A stretch of 64,000 nt of DNA, taken from Tubulanus polymorphus. Taxonomy: Eukaryota > Animalia > Nemertea. This document shows, one piece after another, positions 36,736 through 49,537 of this stretch. A model generated the notes under the pieces. It was not told the origin of the DNA. It made no database searches and saw only the letters and a program-made list of their open reading frames with translations. The position numbers were made by a program, and so were the translations under genes. Every line of letters begins with the position of its first letter. Within the stretch, counting starts at the first letter, position 1. The stretch is taken from contig NC_134032.1 in assembly GCF_964204645.1 (NCBI RefSeq), positions 8,544,275-8,608,274 of the forward strand, read 5' to 3'.

Positions 36736-37419
36736 CTGAAAACACAAATGAATGACCAACAGCTCGGTTTCGATTGAGCATATGAATTTTCTGGAATGTG
36801 ATTTTTTTTTTTTGGGGGGGGGGGGCATTCTATTTCAAGAAAAAAGGCACCTTTTACTGTGAAAAGGGAAACTTTCCTATTGAAAGCGTCACAGATCTTA
36901 GATATGAAGTGCCCGGGAACCTGAATAAATCATCTGAGCTTGAATTCATTTTCATTTTCCAAAACGTATCTAAATATGGAAAATCGTGACCCAGAATTTT
37001 GTACACTTACACGAAAGGCAAAAAAATATATATAGAGTATTCTATCGAGTACATAATTCTTTTTTTAGATAACGAAGTTCAGAGATCACGAGTGTTTCAA
37101 AAATAAACAAGATCCTCGGAAAATGGTCCTTAGCTTGGAACGGATATGGATCGGTCTTCAAGGTAGGTCTGGAACGGCCTAAAATGGAACGAACCAATTT
37201 GGATTGGACTTTTTGCTAGTGTGAACGCTTGGTCCGTAATAAAGTTGAACGGGCCAAATATAGACCCGTTCCAAAATACGTAAGTAATTACAAAATATGA
37301 TTTTGAAACCAGGGTGAGAGGGCGATTCGCCACCACTAATTTTTTTTCTATATGTATGGGAGATAGAAAAGCGTTCTTAACATCAATGAATAACAGAATA
37401 AGACCAACAAAAAAACAAT

Positions 37420-37689
37420 ATGAAATTTAAAAAATTAGTCGATGTTTCACAAGAAATCGAACATAAAATATTAAAATTAGAAAAAATAAAAACTAAATAG
37501 GTCTATGGTGAAAAAATATCGGCAAACTTAAGTTATTGTAATGTTAGTACAACACGAGAATTTAAAGCATTTTTACCTGATAAATTGGTTTCATTAAATA
37601 AGGATGAATTAAAAGATTTAGAAGGTTATAAAATAATTTATCATGGAAAAAATGAAGATGGCCATCATGATTTAGAAATTGTTGAATAA
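37420..37689 (+). pseudogene. Small element ORF (89 codons, one internal stop), function unknown
   Basis: MKFKKLVDVSQEIEHKILKLEKIKTK*VYGEKISANL...FKAFLPDKLVSL...KIIYHGKNEDGHHDLEIVE*; lies just inside the left TIR. Confidence 0.5.
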
Positions 37690-38454
37690 ATATTTTTAAA
37701 ATAATAAAGAATAAAAATGATTAAAAAAATAATGGAATAATAAAATGATACGAATTTATATATCAAGAATCCGAAATGAAATGAAAAATGAAATAGAACA
37801 ATCTAAAGAAATTATAGAAAAACAATTAGATGAAAATCTAAATGAAAATAAAGAACACCTATGAATAAAATTTATAAATATTTAATTCAAAGTGTTAATC
37901 ATCAAAATATAGAACATTTAGAAGATGAAGAATTAGAAGATGATGATTAAGAAGATGATGAATTATTCCCAATGAAACAATTTCATAATAATATAGATAA
38001 TTTATGACCGTAAGGTAATGAATTTATTCCATCATCCAAAATATATCTTTTTATCATCGAATGGATTTAAACTAGTTTTTTCAACTTCATTTATATACAT
38101 TTCGTGGTCTTCTGATCTTAAACAATTCATTTTATGTTTCATTGTTATTGATTTATATAAACAATTTATGTTATCTCTAAATTCTTGATGTTTGTTAACA
38201 TCATGTTTTGTTACAACTTTTTAGCTTCATGATCTTTATTAGTTTTATAACTATACATTTTAGTTCTTATCCCAACAAATTCAATCATTTCATCACCTCC
38301 TAATTCATCTTTAAACTTTCCAGGTAGTTTATTATTTTCACTTCTAAATAATTCATAATATTTTGGAATGATTACTTAATTCGAAATGATGTTTAAATGT
38401 TTTCAAATATTTTGTTATGTTATTTGTTTTTATCTTTAATATGTAACTGTCAGT

Positions 38455-38815
38455 ATTTTCCAGACTTAATGAAAATCCAAAAAATTAAATTTACCATCTT
38501 CAGTTGTTAAATCATAAACATAGTCGGTAGGATTATATATTACAAATAAATCTCTTACCTCATCAGATAATTCATTTTCTACATATGTTTATTGAAATAG
38601 ATTTGATTTATCCTTTCTGATCGTAACTTCCATATTAAAACCTAATGAATTGCAAAATATATTTAATCCACTTATTGCACATTTCCCTTTTTGTGCATAT
38701 TGTATCATTTTCTGCTTTATATAGTTTTTTTGTACCATCTGCAGCATAAAGTCCTATAGAATACCATTTTCTTAAATTGTATTTTGCATTTAATACATAA
38801 TCTAGGCACTATCTT
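38455..38815 (-). other. C-terminal half of an intein with LAGLIDADG-type endonuclease remnant, inside pPolB motif C
   Basis: Translation across three frameshifts and one stop: KIVP/DYVLNAKYNLRKWYSIGLYAADG.../QKGKCAISGLNIFCNSLGFNMEVTIRKDKSNLF...DYVYDLTTEDGKFNF/GFSLSLEN|TDSYILKI. Confidence 0.8.
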
Positions 38816-38825
38816 TCCTTATGTG

Positions 38826-40320
38826 TTTTTTTTTACATATATGACTTTATTTGACAAAAAATTATAATGTTAAAGGTTTGCTCACGTACAAAGTACACAT
38901 TGATAGCAACACCATGATAATAATTGTTTACAAGAAAGGGGTCAAGTCATGTACATTATTAACATATAGATACATAAGATTGAGAGAACATAAGAGTAAA
39001 AAGACAATAACAACAGTGGTAATAATTGAAGTGTGAGAAGAGAAAGAAAAACAATTTAAAAAAAAGAAAAGAAAATTTATAAAGGAAAGAAAACAATTGT
39101 CGGTTACTAAAACAGTGTACTGGTGGTGATGTATAAATTTTGCAGTATTCCGAATGACTGTAGAGTTAATGTTGAATGAAAAGTTAGAGTCAACAAATAG
39201 TAGTATATGACATTTTTCAGATGACGATTTTGAAAAGAAAAAGTTCGATAAATCGGGGGATATTTCATCAAGGTTTGTAAGTAGTGCCTGGATGTGACAT
39301 CGATGAGGGATATGCCGGCACTGAATTAAGAAGTGCTGCAGACTAAGTCTAACGTTACAAAAATGATATAGTGGATTTGTTTTGACAAAATTGTGGTCAT
39401 AAAGTTGGGAGCGAAGAAAAAGGTCAACCCTTAATCTATTCAGACATATCTCCTCCTTGCGATTAAGGTTCGGAAGCGTGGAAGTAGATGAAATTTGTTT
39501 ATTCTTCCTATAACAGATTTTGCTCTTGAACTGAGAAAAGGTAGGAATTTTACGAGTAATTACATCAGTGTTATTCCAGGCTCTTATTAAATTCAGCAGT
39601 GGAGAAGTTATAAATTTCTCACTTAAATTTGGTGGGATACGAAAAGGTAAACGATTTCGCAAGTCTCTAGCTGGACGCTTGCGGTAGCGTTGAAAGAGAT
39701 AAGATACGGAGGAGACATGCCTTTATCTTGTTTAAACACGAAAATTTGTTGGCGTTCAAAACGTCTGAATGAAAAGAGTCTGCCAATTTAAAACGTTAAG
39801 TACCTTGGCAGTGTTGGAGCCATGAATACACCCCGATACGTATATGGCTGCTCTATAATGCAGTCTTTCCAAACTATCAAGATTTACCTTATTTGCGCTA
39901 TTGTACAGCAAGTCGCAATATTCGCAATGTGGGTAAATATATGAATGGTATATAGTTTTCAGGTAAAAGGGCAAGTTAAGTAGCCATGCAGACAAAACAA
40001 GAGTTTAAAAATATGAAATTTCAGTGCAATTTTATACAATTTCTAGGTACTGAGACATCTTATTAGTTGCTGGTGGAAAAAGAGCCGTGAAAAATATTGC
40101 CGTTGTATTTTCAAAACGGCATAGGAAAATAAATTGCGACAGGAGCAGGTGCGTGTTGTGTTCCCGTCTGAATCTGCCACCGAGGTCTTTGTTAGATTAT
40201 TTCCATGACTTTTTTGCAGAAACTTCGTTCGGAAAGACAGGAATTATCTTAAAGAGTGATGGGAACACATCATGTTCAGGGGGTACGTGCATTAATATTT
40301 AAGAAAGTAACCTTAATCAT
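38826..40320 (-). mobile_element. CR1/L2-like LINE 3' fragment nested in the intein
   Basis: YIYPHCEYCDLLYNS...LERLHYRAAIYVSG...LNWQTL and LNRKEEICLNRLRV; minus-strand AATAAA plus A-tail at 38826-38851. Confidence 0.8.
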
Positions 40321-41215
40321 GTTAATAGTTGAGCCAAGTAAACTTTATGAAAATCTGTCAAATGAAACGATCTCAGCATTATACACACGTAATAATCACA
40401 TGCAATTGCATGACTCATGAATATGAAAGTGGTAGTGGGTTTTCCCCAATGACACAAATAGACACGCCCCGTACAGCATAAACCGCTTATGCTGAATGAT
40501 TTGATTTACGTATAACATACACTGTGTATGGAATTAAAATGAAGTTTGAAAGACAATTTATGGTTATAAATTGAAAAATTACCAAGATTCATTTCCTCTT
40601 TTTAGATTTCAACATATTTCGTTTATTTATCCAATCAGCCCGTTTTAACAAATATTTAGCCCGGGTGCGCTTGGTGGCGGAGGCTTTCTCTAACACACTT
40701 CTCAGAGGTTCATACGCGGAGAAAATAGGCCGCCAAAATATTTCCTCAATCGACGATTTTTTTTCACAGTCACATGTGGAACCTGGGCAATTTTACCTTC
40801 AATCATCAGGGTCGGACCTAGCCAACGAATGTTTGCTTCCGACGTGTCTGTTAAGATGCGTGTTCTTTGATCACAGGTGCGTCGACATGTATCACATTTT
40901 ACATTTACTCGTTTGACATGTGCATGTTACTGGATGAAAACCACCACGTTACAGGATAAAATCCACTCGCGGTGAAATGACTGCAATTTTTGCTTATTTC
41001 GAGAATTGCATAAACGCGGCTCATTAATTGGGCTTATCGACTTGGGGCAAAACTTTTGTCGGAAGATTTCAAGGACCGCTAGTTAAAGATGATAATGCGC
41101 GTTTGAAATTAAATTTCTCTCAGCTGTTTTAACAGCAGCTTAGCGAAATTTCGCTGATAGCATTTTATTTTAGTGCAAAGCCGTTGCAATAGACAGCAGC
41201 GGAGCTGCCGCTAAA
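40320..41215. repeat. Non-coding dispersed repeat nested in pPolB
   Basis: Interrupts pPolB right after FNKPI; its end (~41030-41215) recurs inverted at ~54393-54565. Confidence 0.55.
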
Positions 41216-41711
41216 ATTGGTTTATTAAATTTCATTGCCGTTCTTTTTAATTCTACTGCTGTTAAATAATCCTCAAATCTTTTATTTTGTAAATGTCTAG
41301 GACTTGATTGTAAATGTCTCAATCTTCCAGAATCATTTACTAATTCAATATCACTTCTATTTCTAATACTTTCACATGTTTTACCATAAAACTATTGTAC
41401 ATTAATTTAAAGAAATCTTTTTCAAAATCTCTTTAGTGCATTCATTTTAGTGCAAAGCCGTTGCAATAGACAGCAGCGGAGCTGCCGCTAAAATTGGTTT
41501 ATTAAATTTCATTGCCGTTCTTTTTAATTCTACTGCTGTTAAATAATCCTCAAATCTTTTATTTCGTAAATGTCTAGGACTTGATTGTAAATGTCTCAAT
41601 CTTCCAGAATCATTTACTAATTCAATATCACTTCTATTTCTAATACTTTCACATGTTTTACCATAAAACTATTGTACATTAATTTAAAGAAATCTTTTTC
41701 AAAATCTCTTT
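41168..41711. repeat. Near-identical tandem duplication, period ~277 bp
   Basis: tagtgcaaagccgttgcaatagacagc... at 41171 and 41448; spans the insertion/pPolB junction. Confidence 0.9.
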
Positions 41712-44700
41712 TTGATATGTTTCTGTGTTGAGTATGGAAATCTATATATTTTCTTCGAACCATTTCGATTGGTGAAATTCAACCAATCTATGAACTTTCG
41801 TTAGTTCAATTTTCTGTGTTATGTAAAATTTTAACATTCTATAAACAATATAATTATATCTACGATGTTGTGTTAATATTAATTTTTCTGTGAAAACATG
41901 ATCTTTAGGTTTAATTTTTTTCTGGTATTCACTTATAATAGCTATCATTTACGGTTATATGTTCAGGACAAAATGGTAAATTTTCTTATTTAAATTTTAT
42001 TTCATCAGGATATTCTTAATCAACTACAAAGAAATAACCGATTGAAGCATCATCTTTTAAACTCATAATGGCGCTTTCCCAATCAGTTTTATCATCATTT
42101 TCAACTTCTGTTAATATGAAATTATAATATGGTTAATATTCCATCATGGCCCAACCATATAAATTATTTTCATCTATATATAATAATTTGTATTCATCAT
42201 TTGCTTTAAAATTTCTGTATCCCATAACACCACTAATTCCACCTCTAACTTATTTTTCAGACAACAATACCATATCTGGTTCTTTTACAAAATCTAATTC
42301 TACATTTGTATATTTCAAACCCAATTGCCAGGTTAAACCAGGACTTGAATAACAATAACAAGGATCAACATTGAAATAATTTAAATGATTTAAATTTAAA
42401 GCTTTTCTAAATTTTTCGAATATATCTGCTAATATTATTACATCAGATTTTAAATACAAATCTACTAATTATCCAAATTTTTTTCATTCCAAAATAATGC
42501 CACATATTTAAAGTTCTTTCAAAAACTTCATCTTAATTGATCTTTAAAATCATCGTGTGTTTTATAAAAAAACTATAAGGAATTGCACCTTCATATCTCA
42601 ATAATTTAAAATCTTGTTCATTTGGATAATAATATCGCGTTATTATCAAATCACTGTCAACTAAACTTTTTGCTAAATTTTCTAATGAACTCGCTAAAAA
42701 TCTAAAGGAATCTAAAAATCTCAAACATCCAAATTGAGACGAAAAATAATTTTCAGGTGTTTTAGCTAATAATTTAAAATCAAATTTCCTCACATTTTCA
42801 TAATTTATAGCATTATATTCTTCTATTTCTTGATTAATTACACCTAATTTTCTTGATAAATGTTTTATAAATAAATGAGTATCATTTTCTGATAAATTAT
42901 GAAATAATATTGGTACGAAATTCACTTTTTTAGCTTGTAAATTTCAATCTTCATGAGCAGCTCCACGATTTTTTGAACTTACATGATCACGATCTGTAAC
43001 TTTTTTCTCAAATGAATGAAAACGCTTTTCACAATAACAACAATGAGTAATCAGAAGCATAATCAGAATCAACTTCATCTTCTTTTGTCATAACTATTTT
43101 TTCAATTTTGTCTTATAAGTGTGCAAAATCACTTTCTTATTTGAATATTTCATTTATATCAGATATTTTTAATTGTATCTTCATTTAATTCATTTCCTTT
43201 ATCCATTGAATTTGAAAATTGCTTTTTGTTGTATACTTCTTTTCTATCTTGATCAGTTAATTCTTTATTTAACGATTCAAAATCTCCATTTATTACAAAT
43301 GGAATTATATTCTTAAATTTATAGTTAGTAAATTTCAATTTATAATCTTTTTCCGTGGGCATTATCAATTTACAAAATTCTTTACTATCACATAATTCTT
43401 TATGTTTTAGTAATGCATTTGCTGTCATTAATTTAGATAAACATTTTCTACGATGGTAATCATTTTCTGTTCTGAAAAATAAATCTATTTGTTTTAACCA
43501 CATATAATGTTCATTTTCATCTTTTTAAAGTACAATATATAATATTTTAAATCTATTACATTTTCATCATCATTATATTCTGTTAGATATAAAGCTTCTA
43601 ATGTATAATGTTTAATATTTTCTCCTTTTGTCTCTGGTAATTGCATTAATTCGAATACATTTATTTTTAGATCAACTTCTTCTATTTTAAGAATCATTTT
43701 TATAGTTACTGGATATTGATCAATTCTATATAATGATTCATATTTCCGATAATCTGTTATTCTATAAACATGTTTAATATCTTCTGTTGGGTGTAAACAA
43801 CTTATAATCGCCCACAAAAAAATATTTATTATCGCATTACTGCATTAGTTTTAAATGGCAATTTGAAATAACTTGATGCTTCAGTCCTTTTCTGTTGAAA
43901 ATTTTGAATCATTTGGAAACAATTTATTACTTTTTGTTGTTTTATTCCTTTTTGTATTATAAATATTTAAATCTAGAAATATAATTTCATTCAATGTTAA
44001 ACCAGAACCTTCAAAATATCTTTCTTCGATATGACGTTTAAATTCATTAATTTTTTTCTAATTTCTCTTTGATTTGTGTTTTTGAAATAATTTCTTCGGA
44101 ATGTGTTTGAATATTACAATCCATTTTTTCTTCTGATCTTATAAAAACCTACTTTTCCAGAAATACTAATTTTTGGATATTCAACATCTGTAACGAAATC
44201 CATTATTTTTTCTATTATTTCAATAAATTTACTTTAATCTTCTATTGTTGTTCCTTTAAAAAATCTAAATATAATAGCTGCAGGTCCAATTTTACTACGT
44301 AATATTTCTAAAATTTCAATTGTATCTTTTATTCCTAGTGAATCAATGCAATTTCTAACATTTTCCGTATGAGGTTTATTTGAAATAGATTTGGTTTTTT
44401 CAATAGATTTTTTTACTTGTTGAGATTCATCATCAAAATATTCTGTTCCTAAAATATTTTTACTCAAATTTTGTTGATGTTTTTGTGCTTTAAGATGTCT
44501 GTTATAATTCCTTTTTATTATAATGTAAATTCATTACAAACATCGCATTTAATTTGATCTATATTCATATTTTTAATCGTTCCTTTCTTCCATTAGAATT
44601 TTCTGGAGCTTCAAAATCTATAACATTTTTTTCATGGTTTGCAGATTTTTCATGTCGAGATTTTTTTGTGATTTATCGATGTATTTCTTACAATATGGAC

Positions 44701-45357
44701 AATAATATTGATTTTTATTGACATAATTTTTTCTGTTTGGTGTTCACTCTCTCCCATTTATATAGAAAAAAATTACTTCGGCGGACGAGTGGTGGCGAAT
44801 CGCCCTCTGGCCCTCTGGTTTCAAAACCACATTTTGTAATTACTTACGTATTGTGACACTTGTCGACAACGTAAAGAGTAAAGATTAGTTAAATTTCGAT
44901 ATTTTTACTAAATAGAACACTGAGTAGAATCATATAGAAGGATTCTTCAATTGCTGTCTCAAAGTTATAATCGTTTTATTCGGTTTGTTTTTCAATCGCA
45001 CGAAACGAGGGTCTTGTGTTGCAAAAATAAATGTGAATTCTAAAAGAGTTCAAGGCTTAGAATTTGCTCGAATAACGTTATGAAAGAACTCGAACCTGGG
45101 ACTCTGTTTATCCGAAATTTCCCAATAAGGGACTCGTTAAGGGACACCAAAACAAAGCAAATCAAACGAAACCTACCAATCAAATAAATAATCGCATCAA
45201 ACCTGTTTTAAGATCAACATGTAAAACAATCTACAGTAATCCTATCAGTTTAAACAAATCTAGAATAAAATTTGAACCGGCGTTTTTGGAACTGGGTGCG
45301 GCCGTTGGCTTGCCTGGGAACAAGATCGAGAAGGCACGGGAGACTTTAAAGACCTAC

Positions 45358-45535
45358 CATCATAGTTCTTCGCTAGTGTTAATGTGTTCAGCACCGAGAT
45401 GGCGATCACTGCGAATGACACCAACGTTAGAAACCTCACAATCGGCGACATGTTTTCTACTTGTTCGGATTTCAATTTTTAACACCCGATCGACACGAAA
45501 TCTGTCCGCAGAATGCCACTCCGTTGACCATATAC
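45358..45535 (-). pseudogene. Leader exon of the inverted paralog (ATG 45451)
   Basis: MSPIVRFLTLVSFAVIAISVLNTLTLAKNYD(G)|gtaggt; acceptor atcag retained; same strand as the Ig1 remnant at 36448-36735. Confidence 0.85.
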
Positions 45536-46569
45536 CTGATAAATGAGCTAAGAAGTTGTTCGACAGTTTGATTGAGGTGACTAGTGGCTTACAATTTTCC
45601 CGAATCAGGCCGCGAGAATTTATCGCGGGAATTTCCCGTTTGTAGTTGAAAATATCAAAACCAATCACGGTGACTTTTAAACAGACACAAATCGATAACA
45701 GCAAACGATAAACCGATGATTAATAGGAAAACCGGAGTCAATAGAATTTTTCTTTTTTTACGGTGATCCGCCTACTTCCGCGTATCAATGAATCATAGCA
45801 ATTTTCTAAATTCTATGAATTCTCATAACATATGGGTCATATTTTACATATTTTCCGGATATTTTGTTTAAAAAAATTTGACTTCAAATACGTCATCTCG
45901 GTTAGCAATTAAATTTCATTGAATTTGAGTGATCGACGATCTCATCTCGGTATGATAAAAGTTATTTTTCTAGAAAAAATATCCGACAAAATATGAAATA
46001 TGACTCCAGCATGCATTTATTACTGATATAATATGATTTGAAGAGTTGAAATCGATAAGGAATAAATAAATATGTTATATTTCATGTCATCTCGGTTCAT
46101 CTCGGTAAATTACGTTATCTCGGTAATAAGGAGGACCGTAAAATATACCCAAAACTGCGGCCTACATCTGTGTGCTGGCCAAAAGAGCGCACAGATCACA
46201 CTATAACCAATCCGACCGCTAGAAATACTTTTGAACTATTGTTATATTTGCCATCTTGTTAAAAACAATTTTTTGTAAATCTGTACTTTTTGCTCTATGC
46301 AAATTATTTTTTGTGAGCATTTTTTTGTGAATATGAATGAATGAATGAATGAATGAATGAATGAAAGTTACCAACTGCTTTGTTACAACCTTCCGATTAT
46401 CTAGTGCGTTTCTCCCTGGGTATATCATGTAAACCGGACTATAATGATACCATAGATTATTTTAATATGTATCAACGCGTTGTCCGAGAATGGCATTCTG
46501 AGTGTACTGGCATTCTGAGAGACTGTTTAATAACAATAAACTCACTCCAGTGTTTACCGTAGAACAGAC

Positions 46570-47274
46570 AGAATGTAGGAAACAATGGCCAAGGAAAAAT
46601 GGCCAAGGAAAAAATGACCAAGAAAAAATGGCCAAGGAAAAAATGGCCACGGAAAAAAGGCCAAGGAAAATTTACTATTTTTTGAGAACTACTGCCAATG
46701 ATGATAAAACATTAAGCTTTAAATTTAATGACATCATATATTTTTCATGGGCTTAAACAATTAAAATCGGTATTAATGAGTTCCAAAATGTGATGAACTT
46801 ATATTTCATTTCATTACATATAATGAATATATCAAGAACTATCATGCAATTGGTCAATGAATAAACTTACTAGTGATGAACTTAAACTTAATAAAATAAC
46901 TAAGTTAATAATTCAAAACATCTAAGTAAGCTATTAGGGCACAGATTGTCTCAAATCATCAAAGGTAAATGCATCGAACTTGTGTGGTAATTTTATAGCA
47001 AACTGGTGCAGCGTCCGATAACATCAAAGTGAGATATGATCATCGTAAATCTACCTAAACTAATTCAGGAATTGATCTAATAATCTCAAAAAGTGACATG
47101 CCAAAACATCGGAAAACATCAATGCATTTTATTTCATGTTAGTTAATAAAATGACAGTCAGTTTTCCATTTATTTTTCCTTGGCCTTTTTTTTCCGTGGC
47201 CATTTTTTCCTTGGCCATTTTTTCCTAGGCAAATACCTTGGCCTTTTTTTCCTGGGCCATTTTTTCCATTCACC
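46570..47274. mobile_element. MITE-like element with subterminal repeats
   Basis: Repeats of aaaaaatggccaagg at the left, their complement at the right; 8-bp direct repeat GAACAGAC at 46562-46569 and 47275-47282. Confidence 0.75.
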
Positions 47275-47769
47275 GAACAGACCAACTCGTCAAGCTTTCT
47301 TTCATGAGATTTATGTATTTATTTTCGACTCGCTGAATATTGCCCGGTTGGTAGAATAACATTTTAGTAAGAACTCCAAACACAGTCTGTCTTTTACATT
47401 AAAGATGTTTCATTTATACATTCTTCACTACAGACTAATGTTTTGCAAAACTGTTAATTACACCAATTAGTGTCAGACAGGTCTTTGCTCCTAGACATAT
47501 AGATAACACCAAAATGGCGAATTATTGGTTTGTTAACTGAGTTAAACCATGGACGTATAATCTAGTTTATACGTCCACGGTGAGACCAACAACTGGAGAA
47601 TTGAATAACAATTGGTACAATTGTTAAGTGCCATTACAGCGGAGATTGTATAGTCGCATTACAGTAGGAGCTACGGATGAATGTAAAACTTGACGAACAA
47701 AATACAAAATCAGAAACATTTTTCTTCTGAACAGACATCTTTCCGATAAATCATCCAAAATGAGAGTTG

Positions 47770-48861
47770 TTACCCGTGAACACCATTTGCATCGCGGCTC
47801 TGTCGTCTCGAACAGCGACACTTACTCCAAAAACTTTTGAATATTTTTATCGCTTCGGCCCTGAATCTGTCGTTAGTCCCGCAATAAACGAAATAATTGA
47901 CGCTCGAATCTAACGGGGTCATCACGTCAGACCCAAAAGTTGATATACGGATAAGTTTTTGCAGAAGTGCACCGCCACTCGGCCTTGGTACGCCTAGGTC
48001 AAATAGCATAACTGCATAAACCCAAAGCGAAGAAGGGAACTCTAGAATGATGAATAAAATGACAATAGCGAGCGACATTTTAGTAGCTTTTCGGTCGAGA
48101 TTGCTAAATTTCGAATTTTGGGTGCCAAGATTTTGTCTATTTCTACCGATTCGTTTCAGCAAATATATAAGAACGACGTTTAGGATTATAAGCAATAGAA
48201 TCGGTATTAGACTCGTCAAAAGTGTTGTTAAAATCAATTCTCCCCAATAATGAATACCGTACTGAATGTGAGTTAATCCCCTTCGGGCCAGTATTGGAAC
48301 GTAAAATTTTGTACACGTATCAAACCAATAGAATAAATGGCTTATATTCACAAAATATGGAAGACCAAAGCAAGCGAAGAAAATGTATTGCAAGCAAACG
48401 CATATCAATAAGCGTCGTTTGGTGATGTGAGCCTGGGCGAACAGCGGGAAACTAAGACTGATAACCCGCTCCGTCGCTATCAGAACCGTTATCCAGTTCC
48501 TCGTCAATTTCGTAGAACGATTGAGGATAAACGCAGCAAAATACATCCAATAAAACCCCATAAAATTTAATTCATAATCAACATCGGCGCGTTGAATTGA
48601 AACTCCGTAAACTAATACATTCAGCGACGGACGCAGGACGTCGCGAATGAATTTGACGGTGAGATAAGAAATATCAGCGACGGCCAAAGCTTCGAGCAGA
48701 AAGAGCGACCGGTGCTGCGACGATTGTCGTTTCAGGATCACAATACTGAGACTGTTGAAGAAAATACCGAACGTTATCGACATGGGTAGAAATGTGACTC
48801 GCTGTATGAATATACTAGATAACTCAAGTTTTTCGCCGCACTTTGATTCATTTTTCGACAT
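47770..48861 (-). CDS. Intronless rhodopsin-family (class A) GPCR, FMRFamide-receptor-like/peptide- or chemoreceptor-like, 363 aa
   Basis: Seven hydrophobic segments; FGIFFNSL (TM1), LAVAD (TM2), ATERVISLSFPL (DRY region), LEFP (TM6), SSVNYFVYC...FR (TM7/helix 8). Confidence 0.9.
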   Translation of the reverse strand: MSKNESKCGEKLELSSIFIQRVTFLPMSITFGIFFNSLSIVILKRQSSQHRSLFLLEALAVADISYLTVKFIRDVLRPSLNVLVYGVSIQRADVDYELNFMGFYWMYFAAFILNRSTKLTRNWITVLIATERVISLSFPLFAQAHITKRRLLICVCLQYIFFACFGLPYFVNISHLFYWFDTCTKFYVPILARRGLTHIQYGIHYWGELILTTLLTSLIPILLLIILNVVLIYLLKRIGRNRQNLGTQNSKFSNLDRKATKMSLAIVILFIILEFPSSLWVYAVMLFDLGVPRPSGGALLQKLIRISTFGSDVMTPLDSSVNYFVYCGTNDRFRAEAIKIFKSFWSKCRCSRRQSRDANGVHG

Positions 48862-49537
48862 CGTGTCTCAGGTGCCGTTACCGTCACGAATTTGATATAT
48901 AACGGCGAATGCCAGACGATGTACTCCTACACGAGTTCTCCTACACACGTCAGGAACGACTGCTGTGGATACTATACAGTTCGGATCTTAGATTGAATAC
49001 TGATTATCTAAACGCGCATCTAAAATTCCGATGCATTACCCGTTTCCCTAATGCTGTTTTTAATATTAAGTTAGTACATTATTGTTGATGTATCGGACTG
49101 CCTGAAAAGTATAGAGAAAAGTATAGAGTTTGTGAGAAAGAGGAAGAGCAATAGGTCGGTATATTTAGAATAAAAGGACTTTTAGGGTATGGTTAGCGTA
49201 GTCCAGGAGGGAGTAGAAAGGAAGTAGCAGGGATTAAACATACCAAATAGGGTAAGGTTAGAAGCGGGTGAGGTCATGGTTTAGGAATTTGAAAAAAAAT
49301 GTACAAATTCGCATATAAGTCTAAGGTTTTTGAGTTAGAGAGGAAGAGAAATCAGAAAGAAATGTAACAACTAGAAAAGAAATAATAAAGAAATCATACC
49401 AGATAAAAGTGCTAGTATTCAATAATCTACTTGAGGAAGAGGCAGTTCAGCGGAAAGAACCAGATACATAGAAGATCCAGCGGTACAACATTAGTGCGAA
49501 CAACGATAGATGACACAACGAGTGGTGGAGGTCTTCG

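Larger units (their letters stand above)
38005..44757 (-). pseudogene. Protein-primed family B DNA polymerase (pPolB), frameshifted and interrupted
   Basis: N-terminal C2H2-like fingers (CPYC...RHEKSANH; CDVC...RHLKAQKH); WAIISCLHP; GDFES; endonuclease-VII-like CCYC...DRDHV...RGAAH; FHNLS; RFLDSFRFL; YLKSDVIILADIFEKFR; LLYIDENNLYGWAM (motif A); FKLMYNSFYGKT (motif B); TDS (motif C); GKFKDELGG...EFVGIRTKMYSY. Confidence 0.9.
37283..44844 (-). mobile_element. Degraded Maverick/Polinton-type element with nested insertions
   Basis: Ends AGTAATTACAAAA...TTTTGTAATTACT, imperfect TIRs of ~55-90 bp, 6-bp TSD TACGTA at 37277-37282 and 44845-44850; contains a pPolB pseudogene. Confidence 0.88.

Noticed and set aside
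37274-37282. Extending the Maverick TIR outward through AATACGTA
   Set aside because: TACGTA is palindromic and is better read as the 6-bp TSD; the second copy also begins at AGTAATT.
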